Shown here piece after piece: positions 30,338-41,183 of a stretch of DNA of 64,000 nt. This DNA is from Nitrospirae bacterium 13_2_20CM_2_62_8 (GTDB taxonomy: Bacteria > Nitrospirota > Nitrospiria > Nitrospirales > Nitrospiraceae): contig MNDM01000034.1 of NCBI GenBank assembly GCA_001914955.1, positions 1 to 64,000 on the forward strand, read 5' to 3'. The notes below the pieces were generated by a model that ran no database searches, had not been told where the DNA came from, and was given only the letters and a program-made list of their open reading frames with translations. The stretch's first letter is position 1. Every line of letters begins with the position of its first letter. The position numbers and the translations under genes were made by a program.

Positions 30338-30595
30338 CTATGGTTCATTGCCGAACAAGGATTCTGGTCGCCTGGCGCTCAGCCAAATTGGAACCTTCCT
30401 TCCGTGATCGACCAGTCCAGCGAGTCGTGCGCCTTTAGGCGGCACGGGATGCAGTCGGTTGGCACGAATCACAGGGTCTTCAATCCACCCGCAGTTGAGA
30501 CATCGACTTCCCTGAAACTCCGCGCGACTGATTTCCTCTCGGAGGTCGCAGAATGTCTCGACAACGACAAGTCCGCTGCAACGTGTGCATAACAT
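30338..30595 (-). CDS. Small hypothetical zinc-ribbon protein (CxxC...CxxC)
   Basis: MLCTRCSG...RCLNCGW gives two CxxC pairs ~30 aa apart. Confidence 0.35.
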   Translation of the reverse strand: MLCTRCSGLVVVETFCDLREEISRAEFQGSRCLNCGWIEDPVIRANRLHPVPPKGARLAGLVDHGRKVPIWLSARRPESLFGNEP

Positions 30596-30667
30596 GGTAT
30601 CCCCTCCCGTGTATCTCTAACGCTTGTCAGCTCCCCTGCCCCGCCCACCCAGCCAGATCGCTCGTTT

Positions 30668-31561
30668 CTATCGAGACTCAGATTCTCCTGTCGTGATCTG
30701 ATGCGGAGGTTGATCCACGCCGGGGTTAATCAGGATCGGCACGTTGAGCTGGTCCGGCAACAGCACGACTTTGGAATTCTGGCTGTCATACAGTTTGAAC
30801 CGCAGATAACTCGGCGTCAGCGTCTTCGCGATGGTCTCCTGGGCCTTGGCCTGTCCGATGGCTCGGATTCGCAAGCCTTCTGCTTCACCTTCAGCCCGTA
30901 TCCGGATCGAATCTCCTTCGCCTTTCGCGCGGGTGCGGGCAATCTCCGCGTCCTTCGCCGCAATGATCAACTCAAACTCTTTCTGCTCCTTCTGCTGCTC
31001 CTTCGCCTGCTTCTGCTCAATCGCGGCTAACACCACCTGTGGGAAATCCACGTCTGACAGCGCCACGCTTTGGATCTCCAAGTGACGGCCTTTGAGCTTC
31101 TCGACGACCACCGCCTGAACTTTGCTTGCGATCTCGGTACTCCGCTCCGGCACCGTCACCATCGCATAGCCCGAGACCACGCTACGCACCGCCGCCATAA
31201 ACTCAGGTTTAACGACGCGAGGATAGAAGTCCGGCCCCAGCTCCTGGGCCAGAAAATAGACTTCGTCCGCAATGGGTCGCAGGATGATCGCGGCCTTAAT
31301 TATGACTTGCAGATCGTCCGATGTGAGGGCGTCAATATTTTCGGTAAAGCTTTGCCATCGGACCTCGTAGATGAACACGTCATTCCAGGGCGCCCGCCAA
31401 AAGAAGCCGTCCTTGAGCGGTTCCTTGGCCAGCCCTTCGGTGAAGGGATGCCACCAGAGCCCTCGCTGGCCTGGTTGAACTGAGGTTCCCGCACAGGCTG
31501 GGATAAAAAGGAGCAGGGGGACAAGCAAACACACGGATGGGAAGATGGTAGTTCGACGCAT
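30668..31561 (-). CDS. SPFH/Band-7 (prohibitin/HflKC-like) domain lipoprotein
   Basis: Start ATG at 31561 with a GGAGG RBS, lipobox LLFIPAC, an SPFH domain, and a coiled-coil C-terminus (QKQAKEQQKEQKEFELIIAAKDAEIARTRAKGEGD). Confidence 0.7.
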   Translation of the reverse strand: MRRTTIFPSVCLLVPLLLFIPACAGTSVQPGQRGLWWHPFTEGLAKEPLKDGFFWRAPWNDVFIYEVRWQSFTENIDALTSDDLQVIIKAAIILRPIADEVYFLAQELGPDFYPRVVKPEFMAAVRSVVSGYAMVTVPERSTEIASKVQAVVVEKLKGRHLEIQSVALSDVDFPQVVLAAIEQKQAKEQQKEQKEFELIIAAKDAEIARTRAKGEGDSIRIRAEGEAEGLRIRAIGQAKAQETIAKTLTPSYLRFKLYDSQNSKVVLLPDQLNVPILINPGVDQPPHQITTGESESR

Positions 31562-31595
31562 GGCGGCCTCCAAGGTTCTTCCACGGGGTCTCCGC

Positions 31596-31967
31596 CTAAC
31601 GCGGAGGCAGCCCTGGGGGATAAAGCGGCGGGCGCCCTCCGGCCACGCCCACGTGGCTCCCGGCCAGGCGCTCCCGCTCACGTGCCTCCTCTTGGTAGAA
31701 CTGAGCCAGCAGGCGGGCGCCGGCGACCCATTCGGAGTCACGCCCAAATAGCTGTTCATAAACCAACGCGCGATCAGAAACTTCCTCAGCCTTCTGCCGC
31801 AAGGCGGCCGCTTCATGGCTATAATGCTGGGCAATCTTCCACTGGTCTTGCGAGGGATCCAACGAGGTCATCTCCAGCGGCACGCTGGGACCGGTACATC
31901 CGTAAGCGGCAAGCAGGCAGACGACAGCGACCCATCTACCTGCGCGAGCGCTCGGACAACTCATGCA
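31596..31967 (-). CDS. Hypothetical lipoprotein (lipobox LAAYGC)
   Basis: Signal peptide + lipobox from the internal start MSCPSARAGRWVAVVCLLAAYGCTG. It is directly upstream of the SPFH gene on the same strand. Confidence 0.4.
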   Translation of the reverse strand, partial: CMSCPSARAGRWVAVVCLLAAYGCTGPSVPLEMTSLDPSQDQWKIAQHYSHEAAALRQKAEEVSDRALVYEQLFGRDSEWVAGARLLAQFYQEEARERERLAGSHVGVAGGRPPLYPPGLPPR

Positions 31968-32238
31968 CTGATCCCATTGGGCGGATGGCCGACATGCGAC
32001 CACGCTTGCTCCCACCCTTCCGTTCCAGGAGAACGACTTCGTAATCCCATTGAAGCGCTGAAACCTCCACCAGGCCCCGGTCCTGCAGCCGGTTCAGGCC
32101 CGTCAGCAGCAGGTGCCACCTGTACTCGGGAAGCGCTTCGGCCATGGATAAGAACGTCAGTCGCTTACGCTCGCGCAGCAGAGAGAGGATCCGCCCTTCG
32201 GCCTCGGCGTCGGTTGGTGTCGAACGAGAAGGGATCAT
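31936..32238 (-). CDS. Small hypothetical protein (~100 aa), possibly winged-helix
   Basis: MIPSR...ILSLLRERKRLTFLSMAEALPEYRWHLLLTGLNRLQDRGLVEV resembles a small wHTH fold. The start is uncertain. Confidence 0.3.
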   Translation of the reverse strand: MIPSRSTPTDAEAEGRILSLLRERKRLTFLSMAEALPEYRWHLLLTGLNRLQDRGLVEVSALQWDYEVVLLERKGGSKRGRMSAIRPMGSVHELSERSRR

Positions 32239-32836
32239 AGTGTCTCCTTTCTCGGTTAGGAGGAGGAAGTCCGCGACGGAACACAGCCCGCAAGAAATGA
32301 GTATGCAAGTCACGGTCCCAAACCAGGATCGTGGCATCAACGCAGTCCAGCCTCAAACCCTCGGCCATTCCGGATGAAACGGGCGCGGACATTACCGTCA
32401 GTGACCAGCTCTTACTAGCCGTGGCCGATCACAACCCCTTCGCACTGTGCGCGCTGCGCGAAACTGCTCATTCTGACAGGGTGACTCAACCCTCTCGCCC
32501 TGATCTACGTGGATTCCCACACGATGGATCTGGCATTCCGATTGCTATTTCCCCTGCTAGCTGAGTAGCCGTGTGGTGAGAAGGAAGGAGCGCGCTGACG
32601 TTGGCGAGAGAACGCTATCGGCTGGGTCTCGCTTCTACCGTGGATGTCACCACGGCGACGACCACGCTCTTGACGGTGGAGGTGCGCCTCTCCGAGGCGC
32701 AATATGCGGTTCAAGCCAGCAACGTCGCGCTTGCGTATGCCACCGGCAAGGGAGGGAGAAGCGAGGCGTTTTCATACCTAGTCGGTCGTTTGACAAACCA
32801 GTTCGTGCGCTTTTAGGATTGTCCCAGGAACAGCCC

Positions 32837-34765
32837 ATGCCGTACCCTTTCCGACTCTTCAGCAATCTTCCTATCCAACGGAAGCTGCTGCTGACATCCA
32901 TGATCCCGGTACTGGCGGTCGTCCTGCTGAGCCTGGTCACCTACCGGAGCGTCCAGACCTTTTCGGATGATGAGGAACAGCTCAACAGCATCTATCTGGT
33001 ACAAAGACGGGCGGCCGAATATATGAGTCTTATGGGGGATCTCAACGCCGGGTTCCGTGGCTATGTCTTGACCCGACAAGAGGCTTTTCTCCACCCCTAC
33101 CGGATAGCCCATGACCACATCCTGGATGTCGGTGACTCGATTGAACAGATAGTCAGTGACCGGAAACCGCAGTACGAGCTGATCCATGAAGTGCAGCTCC
33201 AAGTGCAGCGCCTGATAGAAGAAAAAGACAGCTTGATCAAGGCCGTCAAGGCCGGTCATCAAGAAGAAGCGCTCGACTATGTCGAGCAAGGCCGCGGACG
33301 CGAGACCATGATTCTTATCCGACAACGGATGGATCAATTCAACCGGCTTGAGCAGGGGCTCCTCTACGACACGCTGACAAAGATCGGACAAGACCGCTCT
33401 CTGATGCTGTCAGCGATCCTTGTCGGCGGGATCCTGGCCCTCGTCCTTCTGGTGTTCGCCTTGCATCTAATCGCCCGCTCGATTACCGGTCCGCTGGTCA
33501 ACCTGGCCAAGGCGGTACGGTCCTCCACAGGCGGGACCGTTCCGGCTGTACCGGTTCTGGAACGCCGGGATGAAATTGGCGATTTGACCCGCGTGATGAA
33601 TGTGATGAACGCGCAGATCCGCGACCATATTGCTCGGATGGAGAAGTCGGAGGCCGAATTGAGGCTCCTCAACCGGGATCTTGCAGCCTCCGAGTCCAAG
33701 TATCGCAGCATCGTCGATCATGCTCCATTTGGCATCTTCACGACCAAAGGCATGGCGCTTGTGTTCAGCAATCGGTATAACAAGATTCTCGCCGGGCTGG
33801 ATCCCGATAAAGAGGGCGACCTGGAAGCGATCCAGAAGGCCATTCACCCAGAAGATCGGGATCGTGTCCTCACCGAGTTCGCGCAAGCGGTGGAACAGGG
33901 CCGGCCCTACGAAACGGTCTTTCGGTTTCTCCATCAGGATGGTACGGTACGTAAAGTGTTGAGCCGGCGGATTCCCATCCGAGATGCGGACGGAAGGACT
34001 CTGATGTATCAAGGATTCAATGTGGACATCACCGCCTTGGACCAGATGCAGGCCAGGCTCAGCCGTGCCGAACGGCTGGCGACCTTGGGCCAGGTTGCCG
34101 CCGGGATTGCGCATGAGATTAGAAATCCCCTTGTTGGCATCGGGTCCACCGCCTCACTTTTGCTCGATGAGTCTGATAAGTCCGACCCCCGGCGTCCGGA
34201 GCTCGAAATCATCTTGGGGGAAACGCGGCGTTTGGATCGCATTGCGAATCAGATCATTGACTACGCTCGCCCGCGCGAGCTGTCGCCGGTCTTGTTCGAT
34301 CTGAACGACCTGGTCCAGGAAGTGTTGAAATTGCTGGATCTGCCGTTCACGCAGAAGCGTCTTGCATTGGCCTGTTCGCTTCCACCGACACTGTCGCAGG
34401 TTTATGCGGATCGGGACCAGCTCAAACAGGTGTTGCTCAACCTCTTTCAGAACGCACTCGAGGCCTCGGAGGAAGGCGGCACGCTCAGCTTCACAGCGTT
34501 CGAGTCTCCTCGCGGCCCGGACACGGGCATGGTCATCAAGCTCACCAACCAGGGAGCTGGCATCGCACCGGACGACCTGCCGCACGTGTTCGAACCGTTC
34601 TTTACCAGCGGCAAACATCAGGGAACCGGCCTCGGGTTGGCTATCTGCCGCAACATCGTCGACGCGCACGGCGGCGATATTCAGCTCACGAGCCAATTGG
34701 GAAAAGGCACCGCCGTGCGAATCTGGCTGCCGTTACGGCAGCAGCCCCGCTTCGTGGAAGGCTAG
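32837..34765 (+). CDS. Sensor histidine kinase: CHASE3-like periplasmic domain, HAMP, PAS, HisKA and HATPase_c
   Basis: Start at 32837 (AGGAA RBS). Two TM segments flank a ~170-aa sensor domain, followed by a PAS domain, the H-box LATLGQVAAGIAHEIRNPL, and N/G1/G2 boxes. Confidence 0.8.
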   Translation: MPYPFRLFSNLPIQRKLLLTSMIPVLAVVLLSLVTYRSVQTFSDDEEQLNSIYLVQRRAAEYMSLMGDLNAGFRGYVLTRQEAFLHPYRIAHDHILDVGDSIEQIVSDRKPQYELIHEVQLQVQRLIEEKDSLIKAVKAGHQEEALDYVEQGRGRETMILIRQRMDQFNRLEQGLLYDTLTKIGQDRSLMLSAILVGGILALVLLVFALHLIARSITGPLVNLAKAVRSSTGGTVPAVPVLERRDEIGDLTRVMNVMNAQIRDHIARMEKSEAELRLLNRDLAASESKYRSIVDHAPFGIFTTKGMALVFSNRYNKILAGLDPDKEGDLEAIQKAIHPEDRDRVLTEFAQAVEQGRPYETVFRFLHQDGTVRKVLSRRIPIRDADGRTLMYQGFNVDITALDQMQARLSRAERLATLGQVAAGIAHEIRNPLVGIGSTASLLLDESDKSDPRRPELEIILGETRRLDRIANQIIDYARPRELSPVLFDLNDLVQEVLKLLDLPFTQKRLALACSLPPTLSQVYADRDQLKQVLLNLFQNALEASEEGGTLSFTAFESPRGPDTGMVIKLTNQGAGIAPDDLPHVFEPFFTSGKHQGTGLGLAICRNIVDAHGGDIQLTSQLGKGTAVRIWLPLRQQPRFVEG

Positions 34766-34773
34766 CGATACGC

Positions 34774-36162
<1,389 letters not shown>

Positions 36163-36223
36163 CCCTCACGGATCGTCGAGATCTGCGGCAAAGGTGGTAC
36201 GTTGCAGCGGACTTTGCGAGTCA

Positions 36224-36541
36224 TCAAGGATTCGGTGCGACGATCACGAGGACTTTGAGGCGCGCGCGAGTGTGATTCACCACGCCATGCTCTTCCCCGG
36301 CCGGCGCCATGGTTCCCTGCCCCCGTGCTAGCACGCGCTCCTCGTTCCCCACTTTGAATGTTCCTTCTCCCTCCAGGACCAGATAGACCTTGTCCTGGTC
36401 GCCATGCACGTGCCCTTTCTGTTCCTGCCCCGGCTCAAAACAGTACACATCGCAAAACAACCGCGGCGTCTGAAAGATATTGTTCTTCTTCATCTTTTCA
36501 CTGCTAAACTGCTGATAATCAGAAAGATTAACGACCTTCAT
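36224..36541 (-). CDS. Cupin-domain protein
   Basis: Cupin motifs G(X)5HXH (QEQKGHVHGDQDKVY) and a second motif with EEH. Confidence 0.6.
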   Translation of the reverse strand: MKVVNLSDYQQFSSEKMKKNNIFQTPRLFCDVYCFEPGQEQKGHVHGDQDKVYLVLEGEGTFKVGNEERVLARGQGTMAPAGEEHGVVNHTRARLKVLVIVAPNP

Positions 36542-36639
36542 TCATTTCTCCTTCCCTCTGCCCTCTGTCCAACTTGAGGCCGAGCGGACTTCACCATGAT
36601 GCTTCAGATGGTAGCGATAGTTATGTAGGGCTCGCTAAA

Positions 36640-36960
36640 GTGTCACGCACTCAACGGGGTGGCCTGGCTGATCTCCCATTGCGCCCGCCATCACCCGTTG
36701 CACTTGAACAACAACGGGTGGCGCAGCACCGCATGGGCACGTCTTAGTGGGCAAGAGGGCAGGTGGCCTCAGACTGCGCGCGTCCGGCGAGCACACCATC
36801 CACCCTTGCCCGGAGTGATCAATCCTGTGTGCGCGACGCGCGAGCACGTGAGGCCACCTGCCCTCTAAGCCCCTGGCGTGACGTGTGCGATGCGCGAGCC
36901 CGGGAGACGAGCCTGGCCGCCCCATCCTCCCCCCTTCGTCAGCCGAGGCCACCTTGTCCT
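36640..36960. repeat. Copy 1 of a ~300-bp hairpin-rich non-coding repeat family
   Basis: Hairpin catcacccgttgca-N11-caacgggtg at 36689-36720, and a long hairpin with a 16-bp stem agggcaggtggcctca / tgaggccacctgccct at 36756-36864. About 80% identical over blocks to 44260-44560. Confidence 0.5.
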
Positions 36961-37865
36961 TTCGCCGCCTCCGCTCGCTTCTTCTCCGTCAGGCGAATGA
37001 TCGAATCCACCGGCACCAGATGGCGTGACACGCCCAAGTCCTTGGGCGGGATCCCCATGGCTAGGCCCAGCAACTGGGGCAGGTGCAGGATGGGAAGGTT
37101 CAATTGAGTGTTCACCGCCTTGCCTGCCCGATCTTGATAGATGTCCAGGCTCATGTGGCACAGGGGACATGGTGTCACCATAAAGTCTGCGCCTCCGTCT
37201 TTGGCTTCCTTCATGTTCGTGCCGGCCATGGCGACGGCAATCGCCTCCTTTTCTAGGATGATCGGGAAGCCGCAGCACTTGGTCCGCCCGGCGTACGCCA
37301 CCGGCTCGCCTCCGACCGCCCGGATGACCTTTTCCAGGGACGTGGGGTTCTCAGGATCGTCAAATCCCAGGTCCCACGATGGTCGAAGAATATAACACCC
37401 GTAGAACGGGGCAATCCGAAAATCCTCCATCGAAACTCGGACCTGTTCGCCCAGCCGCTGCAGTCCCACCTCTCTGACCACAATCCAGAGCAGGTGCTTC
37501 ACCTGGACGGTTCCACGATACGTCATGCCGGCCGGTTCGAGGACTCGATTAATCCGTTCCCGCAGGCCCGGCTCGGTTTTCAGCCGTTTGTTGGCCGCTC
37601 CCATTACGCCCTGGCAGGTCCCGCAGATGGTCATCACGTCCAGGCCGAGTTGCTCAGCTTGAGCGAACGTCCGGGCGTTGAGCGCCAGGGCCACGTCGGG
37701 ATCCGCCTCTGCCACCACGCCGGCTCCGCAGCATGAAGCCGCAGTCAACTCGACGACCTCGATCCCAAGCCGGCCGATGATCGCCATCGTGGACTGGTAC
37801 AGCTCCGGCGTGGCTCCCTTCGCCGCACACCCGGGGTACAAGGCATACTTCAGCGCCATGCTCAC
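36939..37865 (-). CDS. HdrB-like protein with two CCG (cysteine-rich) domains (heterodisulfide reductase B / SdhE / GlpC family); standalone
   Basis: MALKYALYPGCAAKG...AASCCGAG in the first half and FYGCYILRP...CCGF...PCPLCHMS in the second half give two CCG-domain Cys patterns. Confidence 0.7.
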   Translation of the reverse strand: MSMALKYALYPGCAAKGATPELYQSTMAIIGRLGIEVVELTAASCCGAGVVAEADPDVALALNARTFAQAEQLGLDVMTICGTCQGVMGAANKRLKTEPGLRERINRVLEPAGMTYRGTVQVKHLLWIVVREVGLQRLGEQVRVSMEDFRIAPFYGCYILRPSWDLGFDDPENPTSLEKVIRAVGGEPVAYAGRTKCCGFPIILEKEAIAVAMAGTNMKEAKDGGADFMVTPCPLCHMSLDIYQDRAGKAVNTQLNLPILHLPQLLGLAMGIPPKDLGVSRHLVPVDSIIRLTEKKRAEAAKGQGGLG

Positions 37866-37896
37866 CTCATCCGCATCTTCGGCTACCCTAGCTGAG

Positions 37897-38352
37897 TTAC
37901 CCGATCACCACCGCTCCACCGCCGACATCAAACACATCGCCAAACAGGGTGACGACGCCCGCAAGACGACAGAGATGCGAGGTAATTTCGAAGAGCTGGC
38001 CACTGTGGGTGTAGAATTTCCCGTTGGGAACCTGAATCTGGTTGTCCTGGACGACACGGGCTTCGAACGCGATCTCGCCGGTTTCACTATCCGTGAGCTT
38101 GAGCCAGGTGGGGCTGGCAAAGAGCGGCAGCGAGGGCGGGCTGGCAGTGAGGGCAAAGCGGTTGTCACGATTAAACGCCCAGGAGTTCCTGCGCAAATGG
38201 GCGACGTGAGTTCCCGCGGAATCATACAAGTCCATCGTGAGCATGAGCTGATGATCGACGGGTCGAAGTTCAAGCACAATCTGTTCCTTCCCCTGGAGTT
38301 TGACGACGCCATTCGAATTCCGGAAGCTGTTCGAACCAAGAGTGAGTTCCAT
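37897..38352 (-). CDS. Hypothetical protein
   Basis: It is a 151-aa ORF with protein-like composition. An overlapping alternative-frame ORF (37905..38378) is R-rich and looks spurious. Confidence 0.35.
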   Translation of the reverse strand: MELTLGSNSFRNSNGVVKLQGKEQIVLELRPVDHQLMLTMDLYDSAGTHVAHLRRNSWAFNRDNRFALTASPPSLPLFASPTWLKLTDSETGEIAFEARVVQDNQIQVPNGKFYTHSGQLFEITSHLCRLAGVVTLFGDVFDVGGGAVVIG

Positions 38353-38389
38353 CGAACGGTCCTGTTGAAGGTCGTCACCTCCTCGTCGT

Positions 38390-38893
38390 TCAGGGATTGG
38401 CAGCCTGGTAGTCAGCCGCGAATTGGGTCAGATAATTGTTGAGGAGATCCAGCACGCTCGCCTTGGCCTTGTCCCGGGTCCCATGCACGTACGACTCTCC
38501 GTCCCAGGCCCGGGCGTCGAGTGGCAGCGACGTGTCCACGAACGTGGCCTTGCGCCTGACTTCAAAGGCGATGTGCCCGTAAAACCCATCGATCATCCCT
38601 TGTGACAGATTTTGGACGAACACCTTGAAGAAAATCCGGTTGGGGCAGGTCGGCTCGAGCTTGAGCCGCGGTAGCTTCGTGTGAATGCCGGCGAGCAAGG
38701 CCTCGCGCAAGACCTCTCTCGTGATCCCGAGCGACGTTCCCGATTCCAACACAGCGGCCTGCACGTTTACACATTCAAGCTTCCGGAGCTGCGGGTCCGC
38801 CCGCGCGGCGGCCGGCGAAACCAGGAACGAGCCAGCCACCCCCAAAATCAGCCCACACGCCAGATACCCACTCGGTCTTCTTGGCAGACGCAT
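38390..38893 (-). CDS. Hypothetical secreted/periplasmic protein
   Basis: Signal peptide from the internal Met (MRLPRRPSGYLACGLILGVAGSFLVSPAAARA). Confidence 0.4.
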   Translation of the reverse strand: MRLPRRPSGYLACGLILGVAGSFLVSPAAARADPQLRKLECVNVQAAVLESGTSLGITREVLREALLAGIHTKLPRLKLEPTCPNRIFFKVFVQNLSQGMIDGFYGHIAFEVRRKATFVDTSLPLDARAWDGESYVHGTRDKAKASVLDLLNNYLTQFAADYQAANP

Positions 38894-39325
38894 GTGAGTC
38901 ACCCCCAACGCGCTATGACGATGGCAGTGCAAGGAGACCGGGTCGCGCACCAGGACCTCCGGTCTCCGGTCGGTTCCCCCGCATGCCGTCATCGTCGTGT
39001 TCGGATTCACGGCCCTCAGGGTTTTTGAGCAAGCGGCGCAGCCAGTCCAAGCCTCTCACGAATCCTACCGAACTCTGAGCCTGAAAGTCCTCAGAAAACA
39101 ACGGAGGCTCCGCCAAGCGGCGCCATTCTCTCAAATAAATTGGAGGCTGTATAGTCTCTGATTTGGAAAACAGCTTTCCTATCGTCACGGCACACCGGCT
39201 TACGCGCCATAGGGCGGGCTCGCCCTGCGTCACCCACTGCGCGTGCTGCCTGAACGATGTCCGCACAGAGGGTTATTCCTTGCCAGGAACAGGAAGGGAA
39301 GGTAGACTTTTTAACGAGAGGTTTT

Positions 39326-41173
39326 ATGGCTCAACACCAACCAGCAGGACCGGCTCAGGCCCAGCCAGTGGCAGCTACCATGGTTGAGGAGCAGGAGGTG
39401 GAATCGGTCCGGCGGTTGCTGGCTCTGCTGGAGAAGACCTTCAAGACGTCGAGGGCCTATGGCCCGACCCATCACTTACCCCAGCAATTCATGCAGCAGC
39501 TGTATGAGACGTTAGCCGCCCACCTCGCGGTTCGCGGCACGCTGTCTCTCCTCGTGCAACGGTTTGAATTCTATTATCGGGGCGAGATGGTCTATCAGAA
39601 GGCTGCACAAAATGAAAATTTGGCGTTCAAGCTTTACGGAGCGGGCATTCGCGAACTGTCATTCAGCCACGGGTTGTCCCAGGAGACCCTCTCGTCCTTC
39701 CTGGAAACCCTGGGGGCTGCCTATGAAATGACCACAAGCGATGACGACGTCATCACTCGCTTGTGGGAAAAGAACCTGTCCGCTGTTTCCATTGTCACAG
39801 CCGAAGAAATTGTCAAGAACGAAGAAGCAGTTCGTGCCCTGATCCCGCAAGATTCCGGGACCCTGAACACCCCCATTTCCCGCCTGAGTGCCATTACGGA
39901 GGCCGAAGCGGCCCGTCAGGCGGATGAGCGCCGCGCAGGCAGGCCGGCCACCGATGCCTCCAATGATAGCCGCGACTCGAGCGTACAAGATATCAGTAAG
40001 ACCGAAACAGCTCAACAGGCGAAGGAGGCGGCGACGGGAGGCGAGGTCGAAGGCGCGGTCTATTCTCCGCTCGACCTTCCTGCATTTGACGTGTCGCCTG
40101 AGGAGCTGGAGCAGCTCGCCCTCCAGATCAAGGCCGAATCACATCAGGACACCCCCACTTACCTCCTGGACATGCTTAAGGTCATTGTCGCAAGCGAGAA
40201 GTCAGCCGACGTGCTCTTCGAATTACGGGGTCTGTTCCGAGAGATTTTCGAAAGCCTGATCGACGAGGGAAACTGGAAGCAGCTGAACAGCGTCGTGGAT
40301 AAATTGCGCGAGGTCCACCGTCGGGGGGACCTGGCCGAGGAACAGAAGAAGGCGGTCTCGGATATGCTGGATTCCTTGCATGGGCCTAAACAGATGGACG
40401 CCATGGCGTCACGCTTGAACGCAGACCCTCACGTTGCGACCGAGGACTTGCTCGTGTTTTTTCTGCATCTGCCCCCCAATGCCGTCCCGTCGCTGTGTAA
40501 GCTCCTCGGCAACCTGAAATTCGATGAGCACCGCTTGACCCTCTGCGACGTCCTGGCCGCTCTGGCCAAAGACAAGCCCGAGCCGTTGATCAAGGGATTG
40601 ACGGACTCTCGATGGTCCTATGTTCGGAACTTACTCGTGGTGATCGGAAAATTGCGAAACCCGAGTTTGGCCCAAGCTGTGCAACCGCTGGCTGCCCATC
40701 CTGACGCGGGCGTGCGTCGAGAGGCCCTGAAAACCCTCAGCATGTTGGGGGGGACGGGAATGGGGAATCCCATCGTCGGTGTCCTGATTGATCCGGACGA
40801 AGAGATCCGCCTCTCCGCGTTGAGCCTGCTTAAGACCGGGAAGTACACCACACCGTTCAGCGCCTGGACCCCGGTGGTCACACACCAAGAGTTTTTGAAC
40901 CGGCCCCTCTCGGAACTACGAACGACGTTCGAGGTGATGACCAGACTCGTTGGAGCCGAATGCGTGCCGTATTGCCATCATCTCCTCACGCAACGGCTGT
41001 GGACCAACCGAAAGACCAAGCAGTCCCTAGGGGCCCTGGCGGCCGAAGCTTTGGGACAAATAGGAACGCCGGAGGCCATCTCGGCCCTTGAGGCTGGGAA
41101 AAAGCGCTTCAACCGCGTCATTCGACATGCCTCCGTGACGGCCCTTGCCACCCTCAAACGGCGGGACCTCTAA
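39326..41173 (+). CDS. HEAT-repeat (PBS-lyase-like) protein with a ~350-aa N-terminal region of unknown function
   Basis: The C-terminal half has repeated HEAT units (VRREALKTLSMLGG, IRLSALSLLKTG, AAEALGQIGTPEAISALEAG). The ATG at 39326 is preceded by a GAGAGG RBS. Confidence 0.65.
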   Translation: MAQHQPAGPAQAQPVAATMVEEQEVESVRRLLALLEKTFKTSRAYGPTHHLPQQFMQQLYETLAAHLAVRGTLSLLVQRFEFYYRGEMVYQKAAQNENLAFKLYGAGIRELSFSHGLSQETLSSFLETLGAAYEMTTSDDDVITRLWEKNLSAVSIVTAEEIVKNEEAVRALIPQDSGTLNTPISRLSAITEAEAARQADERRAGRPATDASNDSRDSSVQDISKTETAQQAKEAATGGEVEGAVYSPLDLPAFDVSPEELEQLALQIKAESHQDTPTYLLDMLKVIVASEKSADVLFELRGLFREIFESLIDEGNWKQLNSVVDKLREVHRRGDLAEEQKKAVSDMLDSLHGPKQMDAMASRLNADPHVATEDLLVFFLHLPPNAVPSLCKLLGNLKFDEHRLTLCDVLAALAKDKPEPLIKGLTDSRWSYVRNLLVVIGKLRNPSLAQAVQPLAAHPDAGVRREALKTLSMLGGTGMGNPIVGVLIDPDEEIRLSALSLLKTGKYTTPFSAWTPVVTHQEFLNRPLSELRTTFEVMTRLVGAECVPYCHHLLTQRLWTNRKTKQSLGALAAEALGQIGTPEAISALEAGKKRFNRVIRHASVTALATLKRRDL

Positions 41174-41183
41174 GGAATTGTCT

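Noticed and set aside
32573-32836. N-terminal 88-codon extension of the histidine kinase ORF
   Set aside because: It is Arg/Gly-rich junk preceding a well-placed ATG (32837) with an AGGAA RBS, and the real protein starts with the TM helix-containing segment.
36659-36868. Small ORFs on both strands inside the two ~300-bp repeats (36659..36868 +, 36635..36952 -, 44273..44620 +, 44150..44401 -) sharing peptide segments
   Set aside because: The shared peptides reflect nucleotide-level repeat conservation, because both strands show the same stretches. There is no RBS, the composition is not protein-like, and hairpins dominate. I treated them as non-coding repeats.
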